DNA from: an uncultured virus (IMG/VR IMGVR_UViG_3300029305_001437)
Lineage: Duplodnaviria > Heunggongvirae > Uroviricota > Caudoviricetes
Reading direction: 5' to 3' (one strand)
DNA length: 37,344 bases
Virus record (IMG/VR): IMGVR_UViG_3300029305_001437
This document shows positions 8,350 to 16,552 of this stretch, in pieces. Under the pieces are notes generated by a model that had not been told where the DNA came from, did no database searches, and was given only the letters and a program-made list of their open reading frames with translations. How positions within the stretch are numbered: position 1 is the stretch's first letter; each line of letters opens with the position of its first letter. Both the position numbers and the translations under genes were made by a program.

Positions 8350-8994
8350 ATGGCCGAAAACGAAACCGAATTGGAGCAGGTTCAAACCGGGGAGCAACCG
8401 GGCGATACTGAGCCTGAAAAAAAGCCAAAGAAATCCTCCAAGAAAAAGGGCGGAAAATCGAAGGGGAAATCCTTCGAGGAGAACAAGATCCAGGACTCCG
8501 AAACCGCCCGTGAGAGGGGGAGAAACGGAGGCTTGAAATCCGGTGAGGTCCGGAAAGCGAAGAAGGATGCAAGAGAGGCTGTTCAGTACATCCTTGCACA
8601 GATGACCAAGAACGCCAAGGTTCGGGAGAACCTCACAGAGCTCGGCATCGAGGAGAATGAGTTTAACAATATGATTGCCCTCCACGCCCGTCTGTTCTCG
8701 ATGGCGATGGGTGGAAATCTGGAAGCATACCTGACGCTGATGCGGATGGGTGGCTATGAACCTGAGGAAACCCGTAAGGAGCGTGAGAGCATTGCTGCGG
8801 ATCGCCGCAGAGAGCTTGAGCTTGACGCCAAGGTCGCAGCCCTTAACCGGGGAGATCCTGCCAGCCTTGCAATGAATATGCAGAACGAGGACGGCGATAA
8901 CGATGTGGTGATCTATATGCCACAGATGGACAGTGAGGAGGACTGCCAACCGAAAGAAGAAGATCCTCCTGCGGCAGAAGGTTCTGCCGAGTAA
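8350..8994 (+). CDS. putative terminase small subunit
   Basis: Directly upstream of TerL; ARERGRNGGLKSGEVRKAK (KGG-like) motif, Lys-rich N-terminus, C-terminal VVIYMP strand; GAGG RBS. Confidence 0.65.
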   Translation: MAENETELEQVQTGEQPGDTEPEKKPKKSSKKKGGKSKGKSFEENKIQDSETARERGRNGGLKSGEVRKAKKDAREAVQYILAQMTKNAKVRENLTELGIEENEFNNMIALHARLFSMAMGGNLEAYLTLMRMGGYEPEETRKERESIAADRRRELELDAKVAALNRGDPASLAMNMQNEDGDNDVVIYMPQMDSEEDCQPKEEDPPAAEGSAE

Positions 8995-9008
8995 AGGGGG
9001 GATGCACT

Positions 9009-10411
9009 ATGGCAACTGTTCTTAAACCGCAGAAAGGTCCGCAAGAACAGTTTATGTAGTGGCTACCCCGGCACAGATATGTATCTTCGGAGGTGCAGCA
9101 GGCGGCGGTAAATCGTTCGGCCTGCTGTTATCACCTTTGCGGCATAAGAATGTCAAAGGCTTCGGCTGTACGATATTCCGTCGTAACTTCAACCAGATCT
9201 TCTCGCAGGGCGGTCTTTGGGATGAGTCCCTGAAAATGTACCAAGGCATCCGGGGTGCAGTACCGCAGATGTCCCTGGGCAGGTGGAAGTTCTGCGACAA
9301 GGACGGCAACACAATATCGTCAGTCAAGTTCGCCCACATTGAGCGAGATGAAGAACTTCATAAGTGGCAAGGCTCCCAGATCTGCGAGATCGGCTTCGAC
9401 GAGCTGACCCACTTTAGTGAAAAGGCGTTTTTCTATATGCTGTCCCGTAACCGTTCTACCTGCGGTGTTACCCCGTTTGTTCGGGCAACCTGCAACCCGG
9501 ATGCGGATAGCTGGGTAGCCAAGTTCATCTCGTGGTGGATCAATCAGGAGACCGGATACCCCATCCCTGAGCGGAGCGGTAAGATCCGGTGGTTCATCCG
9601 CCGCAATGAGACCCTGTACTGGGCGAACACGAAAGAGGAGCTTTGGGAGCAGTTCAACCTCGTAACCGAGAGGCAGAAACTGGAGCCCCGGTCTGTCACA
9701 TTCATTATGTCCCAGTTGAAGGACAATCAGGAGTTGCTGAAGGTGAACCCTCAGTACGAGGCGAACCTGATGGCTCTGTCCCTTGTTGAGCGTGAGCGAC
9801 TGCTGAACGGCAACTGGAAGATCCGTGCGGCAAGCGGTCTGTACTTCAAACGGACTCAGCTTGGCGAGATCCTTGAGCGGGTCCCGGAGGATGTCATCCA
9901 ATGGGTACGCTGTTGGGACTTGGCCGCCACAGAAAAGACAGACAAGGGAGACCCGGCATACACCGCCGGCGTACTGATCGGCAAGCGGAAGAACGGACGG
10001 TACATAGTAGCCGATGTTATCAACAGGCAGATGTCCGCCTCCGATGTCCGTCAAACGATCAAGCTCACAGCTCAGGCAGACCGAGCGGCATACAAGCGTG
10101 TCCGTATCCGGTTGCCTAAGGATCCCGGTCAGGCAGGTAAGGAGCAGGCTGAGTCCTACATCAAGTTCCTGTCTGGCTTCGATGTCACGACTGTGGCAGA
10201 AACCGGCAGCAAGGAAGCCCGTGCTGAGCCTATGGCAGCACAGTGGCAGGCAGGCAACTTTGACCTGCTGTACGGTCCGTGGAATGAGGAGTACCTGCTC
10301 CAGCTTGAGAATTTCCCGGACAGCACCTTCAAGGATATGGTCGACGCATCTGCCAACGGCTTTGCGGAGATCGAAACACGCAATGTGTTCAATGTAGCAA
10401 ATCTGGTTTGA
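9009..10411 (+). CDS. terL: terminase large subunit; first 16 codons are separated from the body by a stop/frameshift at 9057-9061
   Basis: Walker A GGAAGGGKS, Walker B IGFDELTHF, RATCNP coupling motif, nuclease motifs WDLA and DMVDA. RBS AAAGGGGG precedes ATG 9009 (MATVLKPQKGPQEQFM*); the body ORF is 9059-10411. Confidence 0.93.
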
Positions 10412-10427
10412 TTAAGAGGTGATACCA

Positions 10428-12569
10428 ATGAACGAAAAGAAACGGAGTCAGGCGGAACGCATCCGTGGCTATGCTCGGCTGATCGAGAAGCAGACCGGCA
10501 AGGCAGTCCGTCCGTTCCGTGAAGACGGCTATATGAATATGGTGACTCGGTATGGCACCTCGAAAGATAGCCACGAACACTACCAGTTCCAGCCTGAGCC
10601 GGCGATACCGGATGAAACCCTCAGTATGCTCTACGAGGGCAACGGCCTGTTCGCCAAGATCATCGACGCACCTGCCGAGGAAGCGTTTAAGCGAGGCTTC
10701 ACTCTGGAAGATGTATCCGACGATGACTTGGAGAACTTCTACCGGGAAGCTCTGGATGAGCTGGACTGGGACGAAACCGGTATGACCGCCCTGAAATGGA
10801 TGCGGCTCTTTGGCGGTTCGATTGTTGTTATGCTGATTAACGACGGCGGCGGACTGGAGGATCCTCTGGACTGGAAGAACATCAAGTCCATTGACGACCT
10901 CCGGGTGTATGACCGTTCCGTTATCCAGCCTGACTACTCCACGATGTTCAGCTATGACCCGAGAAACCCGTTTGATACACGGGGCAGTCGCTTGGGTATG
11001 CCTGAATACTACCATGTCAACAGCCGGTACGGCACATTCACGGTGCACGAGAGTAGATGCCTTGTGTTCCAGAATGGTGTCCTGCCTGAGAACTCCAGCA
11101 ACTCCGTGTATCAGCTTTGGGGTATGCCTGAGTACATCCGCCTGAAGAAGGCACTCCGGGATACGGAGCTGGCTCACAGCAGTGCCCCGAGAATGTTGGA
11201 TCGCTCTGTACAGCCGGTCTACAAGATGAAGGAACTGGCCAACCTGCTTGCCACCGAAGAAGGCGAGAACCTGGTCCTGAAAAGGATGCAGGTCATCGAC
11301 CTTGCCCGTGGACTCCTGAACAGCTTGGTAATTGACAGCGAGGGCGAAGATTACGATTTCAAGTCGTTCCAGTTCAACGGTGTGGCTGAGGTCATCGACA
11401 CCTGCTGTAACTTCCTGTCCGCACTGACGAACATCCCGCAGACGACCCTGTTTGGCAGATCTCCTGCAGGTATGAACTCGACCGGTGAAAGCGACCTGGA
11501 AAACTGGTACAGCTTTGTAGGCCGTATCCAGAAGCGGTCTGTCAAGAGCAACCTCCGCTACCTGCTGTCCGTCATCTTCCAGGCTGGTCTGGCTACCGGC
11601 GAGGTGGATGAGGTGCCGAAGATCAAGATCAAGTTCAACCCGCTGTGGACATTGAGCGACACAGAACAGGCTGACCTGGATCTCAAGAGGGCACAGATCG
11701 AGCAGGCCAAAGCCACCACCCTGCAGACCTACGCTTCTATGGAGGTCATCGACCCGACTGAAATCCGCCGTAAGTTGGCAGATAGCGGCGATCTGGAGAT
11801 CAACACAATCCTGGATGAGTACGATGACGAGGAGGAACTGCTGGCAGCCTATGCCAGTGAAGATCCGGATGCTCCTGCTGTAAAGGGCGGCCCCGGTCAA
11901 ATCCTGAATGAGGAAATGCTGGCAGCACAATCCGGTCAGAAGGTCGAAGGCAAGGTTGCTGGACGCAACATCTTCGAGGAGGGCGAGTTCGCTCAGTATG
12001 GAACCGGTGTTGACATCGAGGCACACGCCACGGATCCCGGTTCTACCGGTAGTGCAGCAGCCAATGCTCCTGCAGCGACCAAGCTCCCACAGGATATGAC
12101 CGCCGAGGAAAAGACCGAAGCTGCTGAGGCAGCTGAGGAGGTACAGCAGGACGAAGCACCGTTCGGTGTGGGCGTTCTGGTGTTCCGGGACGGCAAGATC
12201 CTGTGCGGAAAACGCCACAATGACACCGGGTACGGCTTGATCTGCGGCCCTGGTGGTCACGGCGAGAAAGGGGAGACCCCCGAGCAGGCCGCCTTCCGGG
12301 AGACTGAGGAGGAGTTCGGCATCAGCCCGAAGGAGCTCGTGCCTATTGGAGTAGGACCGTTTGAACCTGAGAGCGGACTCCGGGCTCACATCTTTGTCTG
12401 TACTGACTTTGAAGGGGAGCCTGACTGCTTGGATCTTGAGATGACAGATCCGAAGTTCCGGACACTGGAGGAACTGAAGGATCTGGAAGCATCTCTGTTC
12501 CCGCCCTTCCGGGATAGCCTGGAGATCCTGACCTCCTGCCTCGAAGATATTGCCGAGGATGAGGAGTAA
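10428..12569 (+). CDS. portal protein (DUF1073-like) fused to a C-terminal Nudix hydrolase
   Basis: Follows TerL; LY..NGLFAKIID.PAE, RLFGGS, VHESR, IPQT.LFGRSPAGMNSTGESDLENWY, F.PLW motifs. Nudix box GHGEKGETPEQAAFRETEEEFGI at 12255-12323. Confidence 0.9.
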   Translation: MNEKKRSQAERIRGYARLIEKQTGKAVRPFREDGYMNMVTRYGTSKDSHEHYQFQPEPAIPDETLSMLYEGNGLFAKIIDAPAEEAFKRGFTLEDVSDDDLENFYREALDELDWDETGMTALKWMRLFGGSIVVMLINDGGGLEDPLDWKNIKSIDDLRVYDRSVIQPDYSTMFSYDPRNPFDTRGSRLGMPEYYHVNSRYGTFTVHESRCLVFQNGVLPENSSNSVYQLWGMPEYIRLKKALRDTELAHSSAPRMLDRSVQPVYKMKELANLLATEEGENLVLKRMQVIDLARGLLNSLVIDSEGEDYDFKSFQFNGVAEVIDTCCNFLSALTNIPQTTLFGRSPAGMNSTGESDLENWYSFVGRIQKRSVKSNLRYLLSVIFQAGLATGEVDEVPKIKIKFNPLWTLSDTEQADLDLKRAQIEQAKATTLQTYASMEVIDPTEIRRKLADSGDLEINTILDEYDDEEELLAAYASEDPDAPAVKGGPGQILNEEMLAAQSGQKVEGKVAGRNIFEEGEFAQYGTGVDIEAHATDPGSTGSAAANAPAATKLPQDMTAEEKTEAAEAAEEVQQDEAPFGVGVLVFRDGKILCGKRHNDTGYGLICGPGGHGEKGETPEQAAFRETEEEFGISPKELVPIGVGPFEPESGLRAHIFVCTDFEGEPDCLDLEMTDPKFRTLEELKDLEASLFPPFRDSLEILTSCLEDIAEDEE

Positions 12570-12633
12570 CGGTTGACAAAACCGGTGCAGATCTGCAAAA
12601 CAGGCTCAAGAATAAAAGGAGCGTGTAACCGCA

Positions 12634-12735
12634 ATGGGATACCGAAATGTCAACCCGTTTGTCCAATGCCTGCTTGTGATATGGCACTGCGTTAAGCAGA
12701 GATGGCGTTGGATCTTCACAGGCAGGAAAGCCTGA
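12634..12735 (+). CDS. possible 33-aa hydrophobic/cationic peptide MGYRNVNPFVQCLLVIWHCVKQRWRWIFTGRKA
   Basis: AAGGAG about 12 nt upstream of ATG 12634, followed by a strong hairpin. Below the ORF-track size cutoff. Confidence 0.35.
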   Translation: MGYRNVNPFVQCLLVIWHCVKQRWRWIFTGRKA

Positions 12736-12746
12736 AACAATGATAC

Positions 12747-12772
12747 ACAGCCCGGTCTTCGGATCGGGCTGT
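12747..12772 (+). terminator. stable hairpin (terminator or processing signal) just before the tRNA
   Basis: ACAGCCCGGTC-TTCG-GATCGGGCTGT (cUUCGg tetraloop) followed by TCCATTT. Confidence 0.6.
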
Positions 12773-12779
12773 TCCATTT

Positions 12780-12855
12780 GTCAGCATAGCTCAGTTGGTA
12801 GAGCACCTGACTTCCAATCAGGACGCCACGGGTTCGAGCCCCGTTGCTGACTCCA
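12780..12855 (+). tRNA. tRNA-Gly (anticodon TCC) with encoded CCA and atypical acceptor stem
   Basis: 76-nt cloverleaf: GTCAGCA/TGCTGAC acceptor stem, GCTC/GAGC D stem, CCTGA-CTTCCAA-TCAGG anticodon arm, ACGGG-TTCGAGC-CCCGT T arm, discriminator T, then CCA. Confidence 0.93.
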
Positions 12856-12914
12856 ACACAGCCCGGAAAGGGCTGCACAATCCTGCTAAACCACCGGGAA
12901 AGGGGGAAATCGTC

Positions 12915-13847
12915 TTGAACAAACAACAACATCACGAGATGGTAAAAGGGGCGGTAAAGGGCAAGTTCTACGGCCACAAGAGATTGTATGGCAAGACGAC
13001 CCCGATGTACCCGGATGCAGCAGAGCGTGAATTTAAGAGGATCTGCAACAGCTATGTCCGGATTATGCACCGCACTTTGCAGGAGAACCTGCCCGAGCTG
13101 ATGGAAGCCTATAAAGCACACCAGCGAGGAGACTCCCGGTATGACGACATCCGGAATGTTGAAGACAAAGTGAGAACCGTATTCCAAAAGATCGCAAGGG
13201 AGCTTGAGCAAAGACTGGGTGCCTTCGGTCTTGATGATATGGTGCGGAAGATCTCGAAGATGACCAAGAACACCGCACTCCGGGAATGGAAACGGGCGGT
13301 CAAGGAGACCTTGGGCATTGACATCTTCGACGACTACTTCAACGGTGATTTCTACGAACACGCCTTGAAGCAGTGGATCGACGAGAATGTCCTGAAGATC
13401 AAGTCCATCCCGAACGAGTCGCTTGGTGAGATGCAGAAGATCATTATGGATGGCTACCGCCAAGGTGCCTCCCTGACGCAGATCACGAAGCAGATCCAGG
13501 AGCAGTACAAGCTGACCCGTAGGAGTGCTCAGCTCCTTGCCCGGGATCAGGTGTCTACCCTGAACTCGCAGATCACGAAACTGCAGCAAAAGGACGCAGG
13601 ATGTACGCATTACCGGTGGTCAGACTCTCGTGACTCCCGTGTTCGGGATTGCCACAGGGAACTGAACGGAAAAATCATCAGCTGGGACGACCCTCCGGAG
13701 ATGTGGTACGAAACCAAGAGCAGGGGACGGGTCTACACCGGACGGCGATGCCATCCCGGCGAGGACTTCTGCTGCCGGTGTATTCCAATACCGGTGTTCG
13801 ATGTCGACACGATAGATGTGCCGATGAAACCAAAAGATCGTAGGTGA
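12915..13847 (+). CDS. MuF / SPP1 gp7-like minor head protein
   Basis: RAQLLARDQ-like RSAQLLARDQ, YRWSDSRDSRVR..H..LNGK and HPGEDFCCRC motifs. TTG 12915 follows AAGGGGG; the ORF-track start lies inside the tRNA. Confidence 0.9.
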   Translation: MNKQQHHEMVKGAVKGKFYGHKRLYGKTTPMYPDAAEREFKRICNSYVRIMHRTLQENLPELMEAYKAHQRGDSRYDDIRNVEDKVRTVFQKIARELEQRLGAFGLDDMVRKISKMTKNTALREWKRAVKETLGIDIFDDYFNGDFYEHALKQWIDENVLKIKSIPNESLGEMQKIIMDGYRQGASLTQITKQIQEQYKLTRRSAQLLARDQVSTLNSQITKLQQKDAGCTHYRWSDSRDSRVRDCHRELNGKIISWDDPPEMWYETKSRGRVYTGRRCHPGEDFCCRCIPIPVFDVDTIDVPMKPKDRR

Positions 13848-13855
13848 GAACAGCT

Positions 13856-14029
13856 ATGGAAACGAAGGAGAAGATAAAAGTCTTCATCCGCATCGAAAAC
13901 GGCAAGACGGTTTGCGTCTGCCACCGTGGTGCCAAGAAATGTAACCGCAAGTGTGAACCGGATGTGGTCGAGCGGGATAAGTTCCGTGGCTGGGAAGAAA
14001 CGATGCGTAGGAATAAGTACGGCAAGTAG
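13856..14029 (+). CDS. small Cys-rich hypothetical protein, 57 aa
   Basis: AGGTGA RBS before ATG 13856; CVCH...C...C pattern. Confidence 0.55.
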   Translation: METKEKIKVFIRIENGKTVCVCHRGAKKCNRKCEPDVVERDKFRGWEETMRRNKYGK

Positions 14030-14155
14030 CCGTATGAGTTCAGCCTGAATGGAGGTAGCGGAAGTTATGAAGATCAGGCTCCCGAAGAACAGCAGAGATC
14101 CTCCCGGCAGGGAAGGCTCTCCTGTATCAAAAATTGGAGAAAGGAGTGAAATGCC

Positions 14156-14494
14156 GTGAAGAATGGTATGGCAGTAGGTGCTTTAGCCCGTCAGCTTCGC
14201 AGTACGGCTCAGCGGATCGAAGATCTGTCCAATGACATCGAGATGTTTGAGCAGGGCAACGAAGGTATGGTGGACACCTGCGTCGGCCTCCGTCTGGACG
14301 AGCTGGAACGGGCACAGATGCTCGTCCTGAAGCTCACTGAGCTGATTACCGAACCTGCGGATGGTGACGAGGGTGAAGCCGAAGCACCTGTCAATCAGGA
14401 TGAAGGCGGTAGTGTCTTTGGTCCGGGTGAGTTGACCGACAATGTTGGCGACAAAACCCAGGAAGATGGCACCGATCCTGCTTGCTCCAAGTAA
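14156..14494 (+). CDS. acidic hypothetical protein, 112 aa
   Basis: AAGGAG RBS, GTG start, helical N-terminal half and acidic tail. Confidence 0.65.
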   Translation: MKNGMAVGALARQLRSTAQRIEDLSNDIEMFEQGNEGMVDTCVGLRLDELERAQMLVLKLTELITEPADGDEGEAEAPVNQDEGGSVFGPGELTDNVGDKTQEDGTDPACSK

Positions 14495-14530
14495 TACCGC
14501 CAAGCAGATACCCGAAAGGAGGGGTGCGAT

Positions 14531-16033
14531 ATGACCCCGAAGTTACAAACGGTAATCCGTCTGGACAGCCTCCCGCTGAACCAGACTTATTACACGCCCG
14601 AAGGCTACCTGGTGGACAGACCTATTCTGACCCGCACAGGTATCTTCGAGTACGCAAATCCTGATGGTTCCATCAGGCGGGAGTTGCGGCTCCCGGAGGA
14701 TGTTTTTGATCCCGAAAGCCTGAAATCGTACAAGGGTCGCCCGATCATTATCACGCATGACGCTGGGCTCGTCACCACGGATAATGTGAAGGAGAACGCT
14801 ATCGGTACGATTTTGACGGAGGGATACCGCAGTGGCGATGATGTCCGTGCTGAGATTATCATTCACGATACGGTCGGGATGAAAAAGGCTGGCCTGAAGG
14901 AGCTTTCCTTGGGGTACAACCTCGACCTTGAAGAAACCCCAGGTGAGTGGAACGGCCAGCACTACGATGCCATCCAGAGAAACATCCGTATCAACCATCT
15001 TGCCCTTGTTCGTGAGGCTCGGGCAGGAGAATCGGCACGGCTCAATATAGATAGCCGTGACCAGACCAATTCGCTCAAAGGAGGAAGTGTTATGGCTCAC
15101 AAGAAAACTGCTCGTGGCGACGGCGTTCTGTCCCCTGAGGACCTGGCCAAGGCCATCGAGGAGTACAAGGCAAGACGGGCAGCTCGTCTTGCAACCAAGG
15201 CAGATAACGAGGATGTGCCCACCGAGGAAACTGCCGCAACCGAAGTAGCTACCGACAATGAGGAGGCAGCTGCTACCGCAGAGGAGGAAACCGTAACTGC
15301 AACTGACAGTGAGGACGAAACCGCTGCGGAGCCCACCGCCGAGGAGAAGGTTCAGCTCGTCAAGGATCGTCGTGATCGTCGTGACGAAGCTGGCGATCCC
15401 GAGACCGTGGAGGAGGCTCAGGGCGTTATCGCCCAGCAGGATGAGGATATGGGCATCCTGTTCGACATCATCGACTCTCTGCTGGCTCAGGCTGACTTTG
15501 CTAAGGCTGACGAGGAAACCGCTGAGGCGGCTACCGAGGAAACTGCCGCTGCTGAGGAAGCTGAGGCTACCGACAGTGAGGAGAACGCAGAAGGCGAGGA
15601 GACCGTGATCGGTGCTTCTGTTGCTGAGGACAGCGAGGAAGTAGCGGAGGAAACCGCTGCTGAGACCGCTTCCGCCGAAGGCAAGCTGAACGCCGACTCC
15701 GTTGACGCCATCGTTCGCACTCGTATCCAGCTGGGTATGGTTGGTCGCAAGCTCAACCTGGACGGCTTGGAGATGATGCGGATTATGGACGCCAAGAAGG
15801 CGATCATCCACGCAGTCCGCCCCAACCTGCGTCTGGACGGCAAGAGCGTGTCCTACATCAACGCAGCCTATGATATGGCTGTCTCCGATGTGACCGCCCG
15901 TTCCGAGAAGGACACCGGTTACCAGAAGCGGCAGATGTTCAATGGCGACGGCAAGAGAAACGACGCCAAGGATGAGAACTCTGCCAAAGCAGCCCGTGAG
16001 CGTATGATCGCTCGTCGGAACAACAATCAGTAA
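14531..16033 (+). CDS. DUF2213-type capsid maturation protease/scaffold
   Basis: TPEGYL....LTRTGIFEY, ELSLGY, NHLALV..ARAG motifs followed by an acidic low-complexity scaffold region; upstream of cement and capsid genes. Confidence 0.88.
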   Translation: MTPKLQTVIRLDSLPLNQTYYTPEGYLVDRPILTRTGIFEYANPDGSIRRELRLPEDVFDPESLKSYKGRPIIITHDAGLVTTDNVKENAIGTILTEGYRSGDDVRAEIIIHDTVGMKKAGLKELSLGYNLDLEETPGEWNGQHYDAIQRNIRINHLALVREARAGESARLNIDSRDQTNSLKGGSVMAHKKTARGDGVLSPEDLAKAIEEYKARRAARLATKADNEDVPTEETAATEVATDNEEAAATAEEETVTATDSEDETAAEPTAEEKVQLVKDRRDRRDEAGDPETVEEAQGVIAQQDEDMGILFDIIDSLLAQADFAKADEETAEAATEETAAAEEAEATDSEENAEGEETVIGASVAEDSEEVAEETAAETASAEGKLNADSVDAIVRTRIQLGMVGRKLNLDGLEMMRIMDAKKAIIHAVRPNLRLDGKSVSYINAAYDMAVSDVTARSEKDTGYQKRQMFNGDGKRNDAKDENSAKAARERMIARRNNNQ

Positions 16034-16049
16034 TAAGGAGGACACTGAA

Positions 16050-16532
16050 ATGTCTGCACAGATCCATTATGGTTACAACACCCCTGTGGGTGCTGCCGGC
16101 GGTATCGTCGACCTGGCACCCTACGCCATCGACACCTTCCTGAACGAGGAAGACACCGGCAAGCTGAAGTTCGGCTGCGGTGTTGTCCGTGGCTCCACCC
16201 CCGGCAAGAATGTTGCCCTGCCTGCCGCTGCCAGCGACAAGTTCGAGGGCATCGTTACCAACAACCTGACCACCGAGTACGATCTGGAGGGCAAGCTCTC
16301 CGTCCGTAACGGTGCTTCCGTCGGCGTTATGCGTTATGGCCGCATCTACGGTCGTGTCGCTGCCGGCGTCACTCCCGCATACGGCGATGCCGTCTACCTG
16401 ATCTCTACCGGAGACGAGGCTGGCTGCTTCACCAACGCTGCTGATGGCAATGTGGCTGTCAAGGGCCGCTTCCTGGGCAGCGTCGATACCACCGCTCAGA
16501 TCGCTGAGATCGAGCTGTTCAACGCTCAGTAA
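16050..16532 (+). CDS. capsid cement/decoration protein
   Basis: Gly/Ala/Val-rich beta protein between protease and major capsid; FG.GVVRG and V.VMRYGRIY motifs. Confidence 0.75.
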   Translation: MSAQIHYGYNTPVGAAGGIVDLAPYAIDTFLNEEDTGKLKFGCGVVRGSTPGKNVALPAAASDKFEGIVTNNLTTEYDLEGKLSVRNGASVGVMRYGRIYGRVAAGVTPAYGDAVYLISTGDEAGCFTNAADGNVAVKGRFLGSVDTTAQIAEIELFNAQ

Positions 16533-16552
16533 GAAAGAGGAGGTACAGTACA

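Noticed and set aside
9057..9059. TAG-to-Gln stop-codon reassignment as the explanation for the TerL interruption
   Set aside because: Readthrough stays in the wrong frame and does not reach Walker A. TAG also ends normal genes here (846, 6927, 14029, 18889, 29896).
12780..12855. tRNA as a prophage attachment site or genome boundary
   Set aside because: It lies between portal and MuF within a continuous head module, with no integrase or duplicated 3' end visible.
12795..12914. N-terminal extension of MuF in the ORF track
   Set aside because: It overlaps the tRNA; TTG 12915 has the RBS.
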